From NCBI GenBank assembly GCA_037189525.1, contig JBBCJC010000002.1, positions 704,001 through 768,000 of the forward strand: a DNA stretch of 64,000 bases, read 5' to 3'. This document shows positions 57,901 to 64,000 of this stretch, in pieces (position 1 is the first letter of the stretch; each line of letters begins with the position of its first letter). The notes under the pieces were generated by a model, which did no database searches, was not told the DNA's origin, and saw only the letters and a program-made list of their open reading frames with translations. Source of the stretch: Gemmatimonadales bacterium. GTDB lineage: Bacteria > Gemmatimonadota > Gemmatimonadetes > Gemmatimonadales > GWC2-71-9. The position numbers and the translations under genes are program-made.

Positions 57901-59744
57901 AAGTCACCGTCTTCGTCACGATCGGCGATCTGGTCCTCCGCAACAGCGAACTCGACGTCCTCGAGGTCGTGCAGGAACTCGGTCAGCATACCACCTGCCG
58001 GATCGAGTTCATTCGGGATTCCGCGCTGGATGTTTCCCTCGATCAGCTGCTCCGTGACGAAGTGGTGGTGACGCTCAAGGCGGAGGGCGGCCAGATCATC
58101 CCGATCTTCCGAGGAACGATCGGCGACGGGGTGCAGAGCCACCTGCTCAACTATGGCTCGCGTTTCCGTCTCGAGGCCACCTCGGAGTCCGAACGGCTCG
58201 AGTACGTCAATACCGCCTACTTTCCAAACAGCACGTTCGGCGACGTGGCCCAACAGTTCGGGGTCCGGATCGACGGATCGATCCGCCGCGACCAGACGCC
58301 ACTCGACCTGGTCCAGTGGAACGAGACCGAGTTTGCCTTCCTGAAACGGCTGGCCGACGAGCACGGCGCTTTCCTGGTCACTCACGGCCCGCAACCGGAG
58401 ATCCGGACCGAGTTCAAGGATGAGGGTTGGGAACTCATCTGGGGCGACAGCCTGCTCGAGGCGAGCGTGCGGGCGCGACCGACCAGTCATGGCGTGGCGG
58501 GCGCGAGTTACGATCCGCTCACCAAGCACACCCATCGGCACGCGGGCGTCAGGCAGAATCCGCCATCGTTAGGCGGCGCCGCGAAGATCGTCAATGCCGT
58601 GACCGACCTGGCGCGGCAGATGGGCGGCGACCCCGGGCTGGAGTTTCCGAGCGCGCGGGAGACGACGCATCAGAGTTTCAAGACCATTCTGCGCCAGGAG
58701 AGCGAACGGGCTCTCGGAAGCGCGGTGCTGGTCGAGGGACACAGCGTCAAAGTCGGTCTGGGCGCCGGTGACCTGGTCGAGTTGGTCGGCGGGGTCAACT
58801 TCACCCTGCCGACGACCGGCAAGCTCGGTCTCATCAAAGTCGTCCATACCTTCCAGGATCAGCACTACAGCAACCGGTTCGTGGCCACGCCGTGGAAGAC
58901 GTTTACCAACCTCGAGCGTCCCCCGACCCCGCGGGAGCGCACCGTGGTGACGGCGGAAGTGGTCGAGACGGCGACGGATCCAGAGAAGCTGGGACGGATT
59001 CGCATCGCCTACCGATGGCAGACCGGCGCCGATATGACCGGTTGGGCCCGGATCGCGGCCCCGCACGCGGGCAACGGGCGCGGCATCATGTTCCTTCCGG
59101 AGGTCGGCGATGAGGTGCTGGTGGCCTTCGACGACGGCGATCCGGAACACCCGATCGTGATCGGCGCGCTCTGGAACGGCCGGGACCGCCCGCCCGAGGT
59201 TACCGAAAAGAACACCGCCAAGCGGATCATCACCCGGTCGGGCAGCACGATTCAGTTGCTCGACGACGAAGGGAAAGAAACGGTCGAGATCTTCACGCCG
59301 GAGGGGCGCTGTCTGGTCCAGCTCACTAACCAGGGTGGGCATCCGGTCGTGACCGTCTATTCCGATGGCGACATCGCGCTGGAGGCCAAAGAAGAGATTC
59401 GGGTCAAGTGCAAAAAGCTGGTGCACGACGTGGAAACCGATGTAATCGTCAAAGCCGGTGGTGACGTTTCGGTGGATGCTGCGGCCAATGCCGTCATCAA
59501 GGCCAACGTCGACGCGGCGCTGTCGGGAACCAATGCGATTCTCAAAGGCGCCGCCATGGTCGAGTCGGTCGCTGGCGGCGTCAACAACGTCGTCGGGGCC
59601 ATGGTGCAGATCCAGCCGCCCGGTTTCATGGGCAAACAGGTCAATCCCAAGTCGGTCTCGGTGCCCAATGTCGACGTCGGCTCTCGGCCGACGCCGCAAT
59701 CGGCTGATCCGGAGCGGACGGCGGATCCGGAGACGCCGCGATGA
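57897..59744 (+). CDS. vgrG: VgrG/TssI spike protein
   Basis: QWNETEFAFLKRLA; DPEKLGRIRI; WARIAAPHAG; FLPEVGDEVLVAF; IITRSG; beta-helix tail; ATGA overlap with tssE. Confidence 0.93.
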   Translation: MKVTVFVTIGDLVLRNSELDVLEVVQELGQHTTCRIEFIRDSALDVSLDQLLRDEVVVTLKAEGGQIIPIFRGTIGDGVQSHLLNYGSRFRLEATSESERLEYVNTAYFPNSTFGDVAQQFGVRIDGSIRRDQTPLDLVQWNETEFAFLKRLADEHGAFLVTHGPQPEIRTEFKDEGWELIWGDSLLEASVRARPTSHGVAGASYDPLTKHTHRHAGVRQNPPSLGGAAKIVNAVTDLARQMGGDPGLEFPSARETTHQSFKTILRQESERALGSAVLVEGHSVKVGLGAGDLVELVGGVNFTLPTTGKLGLIKVVHTFQDQHYSNRFVATPWKTFTNLERPPTPRERTVVTAEVVETATDPEKLGRIRIAYRWQTGADMTGWARIAAPHAGNGRGIMFLPEVGDEVLVAFDDGDPEHPIVIGALWNGRDRPPEVTEKNTAKRIITRSGSTIQLLDDEGKETVEIFTPEGRCLVQLTNQGGHPVVTVYSDGDIALEAKEEIRVKCKKLVHDVETDVIVKAGGDVSVDAAANAVIKANVDAALSGTNAILKGAAMVESVAGGVNNVVGAMVQIQPPGFMGKQVNPKSVSVPNVDVGSRPTPQSADPERTADPETPR

Positions 59745-59751
59745 TCCGGTC

Positions 59752-61482
59752 ATGAGCGAGTTCAAGAGCCTCCGTCCGCCCGAACGCAGCGCGACCGACA
59801 TTGCCCGGGAGCTGCGCGAGCACTTTACCCGGTCTCTCTATGAGGTGACGGGTGCGCAGGCCCAGCCCGATCCGGTGCTCGGCGCGCTCTTTCATGCGCT
59901 TGCCGTGCAGGTCGATCGGGTCTATCAGGAAGCGGATCAGGTATTCTTTGCGGCGGCGCTCGATGACCTGATTCGCGGTCTCGGGATGCCCGCACGGCTG
60001 GCTCGGCCGGCCCAGGCCGTGGTGCAGTTCTCTCAGCTGCAGGGCCGAGAGACGCTTGCTCCGGAGACGGAGCTGATCGGCTATCAGGCGACCGGTGCGC
60101 AGATCGTCTTTACCCCCGACGCGCCGGTCGACATTGCGCCGACGGAAATCGTCTTTGCCGGAGTTGCGGAGGCGGGACGCCTGTCGACCCTGCCGGGGGC
60201 GCGGTTGCCTTGGACCAATCAGCCGATCCTGCCCGGGAATTCGACGCCCATCGACCTCTCGCCGGCCGCCCCGACCCTGTTCCTCGCGTTTGAAACGGAC
60301 GCCGAACACCTGAGCCGGATCGGTCTCTACGTGGAGGCCGCCAGCCAGGCATCGCCCATCCTTGGGGTGCTGGCCCGGAGTCCGTGGCAGTTGCTCGACA
60401 ACCGCGGACAGGTCTCCGAACGCGGGGTGCTCCGGGCGTCTCGAACGCGTGGGGGTATGCAGCGGCTGGATTTCGTCAAAGACCGGCGGCCTGCGCTCGA
60501 GGATACCGGCACAATCGACCGTCTGGTCCCGCTGGTCGGCGGTGTTTACGGAGCAAGCGTATGGCTGATGCCCGAACTGACGCCGGATCGTCGCTGGCGT
60601 TCGGTGATCCCGCCGTCGATTGCCACGGCAGTGCCGCGGGTGCTTCCTCCCGGGCAGGAACGAGCGCTGGATCGCCAGCTGGCCTGGTTGCAGGTGCCTC
60701 TCCCGGCTGGCAGCCGCGGCGTGGCGAGCCAGATTGCCCGCATCGCGGTCAACTGTGTCACGGCGTCGAACATCGAAGCGTGGAACGAGCAGATCGACTT
60801 CGGCCGGATGGGCGCCGTAGTCAGCCACCGTCCGCTTGGCGCAACCGATCGGCATATCATGGGTGTGCTCGGTGTGACGGGTGAAGCCGGGACCCCCTAT
60901 CTCGATATCTCGGATCTGGAGGCGCCGGCCGGATCGGGGCGATACCGGTATCGGGGCAACGCCAGCTTCGAGTTCACCCCTGCCAAGCAGGCGAGCGGGC
61001 GCTTCGACGGCTACGGAATGATGCGACTCCTCTACTGCGACGGCGAAGGCGGCAACGGAATCGCGGTGGGGGAGATCAAGCAGATCCGGAGTGAGCTTGC
61101 CCGGAATCCGACGGCGCGGGTGGCCAGCCTGACGCCGACACGGGGCGGGGCGGCGCCGCCGGCATACAGCGATGCGCGCGACCGTTTCGCAGAGTTGCTC
61201 CGCACTCGCGAACGAATCGTGACCCCTGCCGATATCGAGATCGCCGCCAAGGCGACCGATCCCCGGATCGGCAACGTCAGCGTTACCAGCGCATCGCAGA
61301 TTACCGATACCGGGCTGGAACTGGTGACCGATGTAACGGTTTCGGTGTCGCCCGACGACTTCGCGGACCCGGAGGCGGAACTCGAACGTCTGCGGACCGA
61401 GCTGGAGCAATACCTCGGCGAACGCTGCATGATCGGGCAGCAAATCCGGGTCGCGATTGCCGAGGAGCGGCGCGCCTCATGA
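59752..61482 (+). CDS. tssF: Baseplate wedge protein TssF (gp6/baseplate J-like)
   Basis: DPVLGALFHALA; ARPAQAVV; VNCVTASN; GG..RERIVTPADIE. Confidence 0.8.
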   Translation: MSEFKSLRPPERSATDIARELREHFTRSLYEVTGAQAQPDPVLGALFHALAVQVDRVYQEADQVFFAAALDDLIRGLGMPARLARPAQAVVQFSQLQGRETLAPETELIGYQATGAQIVFTPDAPVDIAPTEIVFAGVAEAGRLSTLPGARLPWTNQPILPGNSTPIDLSPAAPTLFLAFETDAEHLSRIGLYVEAASQASPILGVLARSPWQLLDNRGQVSERGVLRASRTRGGMQRLDFVKDRRPALEDTGTIDRLVPLVGGVYGASVWLMPELTPDRRWRSVIPPSIATAVPRVLPPGQERALDRQLAWLQVPLPAGSRGVASQIARIAVNCVTASNIEAWNEQIDFGRMGAVVSHRPLGATDRHIMGVLGVTGEAGTPYLDISDLEAPAGSGRYRYRGNASFEFTPAKQASGRFDGYGMMRLLYCDGEGGNGIAVGEIKQIRSELARNPTARVASLTPTRGGAAPPAYSDARDRFAELLRTRERIVTPADIEIAAKATDPRIGNVSVTSASQITDTGLELVTDVTVSVSPDDFADPEAELERLRTELEQYLGERCMIGQQIRVAIAEERRAS

Positions 61483-62387
61483 CGGCCGTGATGCCCGACC
61501 TGGCGGCGACCTATCGGGGGGTGCGACACACCCTCGATTCGGCCGTGCCCGCCTTGCTCAGGCTCGGAGTTGATCCCGATCGAATCATCCTGACGGCGGC
61601 GGGCGCCGGCTGGGTGCGCGGCACTATCGTGTCGCAGGAGCCGGCTCCGGGTGAGATCCTGTATCCGGAAACCCGGGTCACACTCGGCGTGGCCGGAACT
61701 GGGGCGCTCGAATCGGTGCCGTTCCCGATGCGCGACAGTGCCGACGGGGAGTTCCGCATCGATCGGCTCTTCAGCCTGTTCGACAACCATTTCCTTCGCC
61801 TGACGCACCATCTCCGGGCGGCGGGTGGCCTGCTCGATCTCCATCCGGATGACAGCGAAGGTGCCAACCGATGGATCGTCGAGATCTTCCGGTTGAGTTC
61901 GGCGCCGTGGCCGAGGGAACGCTGGTACGATGTTGCGCGGCTTTTGCCGGCGTTGCATCGGATAGCGGGCCGGGTCGATGGTCCCGCGCTGGCGCTCAAG
62001 GCGGTGTTTCGGATTCCGGCCTCGCCGATTCGTCTGGTGGCCGGGATTGCGCCGGTTCCGGACGATCGTCGCACCCGACTTGGTGTTCGGAACGGACGAC
62101 TGGGGGTGGACGCATTGATCGGCGACGGGATTACCGCGGCCGTCGGCGTCGAAATCGATATCGGGCCAGTCGATCTTCGCACCTACCGCAGGTTGCAGAC
62201 CGCGGCCGAGTATCGCCAGCGCCAGGCGCTCTATCGGCTGGTGCTTCCGGCCCATCTGCAGCATGACGTGCGTGAACGTTGGATCGTCGGCGACCGGCGC
62301 GATGCGGCCGTCCTGGGCGATTCCGATCGTGAGGCGGCGCTGGGCGTCAACAGTTACCTGGGTTCGCCCGGGAGGAGTGCAGCGTAA
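61479..62387 (+). CDS. tssG: Baseplate wedge protein TssG
   Basis: LLPALHRIAG..LKAVF; RLGVDALIGD; IDIGPV; LVLPAH; ATGA overlap with tssF. Confidence 0.75.
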   Translation: MTAVMPDLAATYRGVRHTLDSAVPALLRLGVDPDRIILTAAGAGWVRGTIVSQEPAPGEILYPETRVTLGVAGTGALESVPFPMRDSADGEFRIDRLFSLFDNHFLRLTHHLRAAGGLLDLHPDDSEGANRWIVEIFRLSSAPWPRERWYDVARLLPALHRIAGRVDGPALALKAVFRIPASPIRLVAGIAPVPDDRRTRLGVRNGRLGVDALIGDGITAAVGVEIDIGPVDLRTYRRLQTAAEYRQRQALYRLVLPAHLQHDVRERWIVGDRRDAAVLGDSDREAALGVNSYLGSPGRSAA

Positions 62388-64000
62388 TGGAGCGTGATCC
62401 GTACTTCCGCTCGGTCAACTGGACGACCGGGATGTTGCTGACCCCGGAGCATTTCCTCCGACAGGATCGGTATGTCGAGGAGCAGGTTGCCTGGTTGCTC
62501 CGCTATTGCCTGTCGGGGACGGGCCTGGTCGGCGGCGGCGTTCGGCTCGATGCGGTGGAGCAGGGGCTGGCCAAATTCGATCCGAAGATCGAACTGGTCA
62601 ACGACGGCGATCGCCTGCGCATCACGGTACTCCGGGCGCGCGGCATCACGCCGAACGGAGAGATCGTCGAGGTCGACGAGTCCCGGCCGTTGCATGGCGA
62701 AGTCCGGCGGGGCGATCTGGCCGGCGTCAGCGAGTTGCTGGTCTATGTCGTTCGGATGCCCGAGAAGGAGCCCGATCCGGAGTCGGTTGGCGCCGACCCC
62801 GGCAATCCCAATCAGGCGGCGCTCAATCGGATCCGCTACGAGGTCCAGCTGGGTATCACTGCGGAACTGGGCCCGGTCTCCATGGCCGTCGCTCGCTTGC
62901 GGCGAGCGTCCGAATCGCTCGGCTTCGAACTCGACGGGCAGTACATCCCGCCATGCGCATCTTTGATCGCGCACAGCGCGTTGCACAATGCCGCAACCCG
63001 GATCCAGTCAGAAGTTCGGTTGCTGAGCAATGAGTATCAGCTGGTTCACGAGCGCGCGGGACATTTTGCCGACCGGACCGCGGCGCGCGGGGTCGATGTG
63101 CGCAACGATCTGGAAATCCGGGCGTTCGTGGAGCGCGCCGTGCTGGCGCTCGAGACAGCGGCGTACGAGACGGCTGATCTCGCCATTCCGCCGGTGCGAT
63201 TCTTCCAGCAGATCGAACGCGCCAGCCGGCTGATTGCCCTGGCTCTCAACCTCAGCCCCTCGACGCGACAGTTCTTCAAGGACTTGGGCCAGGTCGACGG
63301 CGGCTACACCGAGTTGCTCGATGCGGAGCAGGGCCTGCTGGCCGTGCAGCGGGAACTCGACCGGCGGGAAGAACTGCGGCCGCTGGTGGTCCGGTCGACT
63401 GACACGTTGCAGCGGCTCCGCAGGCTGGTCGACGCACTGGCGGGCAAGTACGTCGATTACCGGCAGAACCGGAACATCGAGTCGATCCGCTTCATGCTGG
63501 ATCGCGACGGCGAGCATTTCTACGAAGCCGTCACCTCGCCCTCGCATCCGCAGCGCGATGGCGACCTGCTCACCTTCGTCTTCACGCAGCTCGAACTGAG
63601 CGGCCGTCACGAATATCGCGTCGTGTTGACCGGTGATCCGCGAGCCAGCGCGCAGTGGGCCGTGGGCCAGGAACTGAGCGTCACGCTGCGTGTCAACGCC
63701 TCGGGTGGACCACGAGCGCCGATGACCCGGTCGGTGATGTGCGAGGTCGAGGGGCAGCGCAACTTCGCGGTCAATTTCGATACCCCGCAAGATGTCGCGA
63801 CGATTGCAGGCCTGACGGTCACGGTGCAGCCTGGCCACGGGATTCGGGGCGCAGTGCTGTTCCGCCGCCGGCTGGGCATGGTCGGATCGGGCAGCGGTGC
63901 GGCAATGCCCCTGCCTTCGCCGCCTGTCGTCTCGGAACCGCCGGTGTCCGCCCCGATCCCGTCCGCCGAGACACCGGCGCCGTCTCGGCCGCCCAAGATC
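62387..64000 (+). CDS. tssK: TssK baseplate protein, partial (open past the window end; not in the ORF track)
   Basis: TAATG coupling; VNWTTGMLLTPEHF; RGITPNG; DGQYIPPC; frame open for 538 codons. Confidence 0.85.
   Translation, partial: MERDPYFRSVNWTTGMLLTPEHFLRQDRYVEEQVAWLLRYCLSGTGLVGGGVRLDAVEQGLAKFDPKIELVNDGDRLRITVLRARGITPNGEIVEVDESRPLHGEVRRGDLAGVSELLVYVVRMPEKEPDPESVGADPGNPNQAALNRIRYEVQLGITAELGPVSMAVARLRRASESLGFELDGQYIPPCASLIAHSALHNAATRIQSEVRLLSNEYQLVHERAGHFADRTAARGVDVRNDLEIRAFVERAVLALETAAYETADLAIPPVRFFQQIERASRLIALALNLSPSTRQFFKDLGQVDGGYTELLDAEQGLLAVQRELDRREELRPLVVRSTDTLQRLRRLVDALAGKYVDYRQNRNIESIRFMLDRDGEHFYEAVTSPSHPQRDGDLLTFVFTQLELSGRHEYRVVLTGDPRASAQWAVGQELSVTLRVNASGGPRAPMTRSVMCEVEGQRNFAVNFDTPQDVATIAGLTVTVQPGHGIRGAVLFRRRLGMVGSGSGAAMPLPSPPVVSEPPVSAPIPSAETPAPSRPPKI

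Noticed and set aside
54801..64000. Prophage tail or extracellular contractile injection system interpretation
   Set aside because: No capsid, terminase, integrase or tape-measure gene; the split TssB/TssC sheath, TssK and DUF4123 point to T6SS
1..64000. tRNA, rRNA, integrase or transposase genes
   Set aside because: None recognised by eye; tRNAscan-SE or Infernal would be needed to exclude small RNAs

Overview
High-GC (roughly two-thirds G+C by eye) bacterial chromosome segment. The gene repertoire (ADOP-type ABC permease, many secreted peptidases, kinase-like/PEGA/SEL1 protein) suggests Gemmatimonadota or a similar lineage; this is an inference only. Positions 1-38 kb hold housekeeping and accessory genes: S9 and S41 peptidases, transporters, a sigma-54 two-component locus, OsmC, a diguanylate cyclase, TerC, Fic, bactofilin, an RND pump, glnA, a PLP decarboxylase and an imelysin/DHOR pair. 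Positions 38.2-64 kb hold a contractile type VI secretion locus. Its sheath, tube and baseplate proteins (TssB, TssC, TssD/Hcp, TssE, VgrG, TssF, TssG, TssK) resemble the Bacteroidota-type T6SS (subtype iii) rather than the proteobacterial type. The operon is led by two non-canonical membrane genes: a ubiquitin-like/6TM/FHA-like protein and a vWA protein. A divergent effector island lies upstream. It encodes a multidomain PAAR protein, two proteins sharing an OmpA domain split by a peptidoglycan-binding domain (one ending in a zinc metalloprotease and followed by a lipoprotein), a DUF4123 chaperone with a small PAAR-tail-like partner, an orphan 799-aa protein, a catalytically degenerate M48 protease and a decayed PAAR pseudogene. 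The cluster runs off the right end. All family assignments come from motif recognition by eye; no database searches were run.
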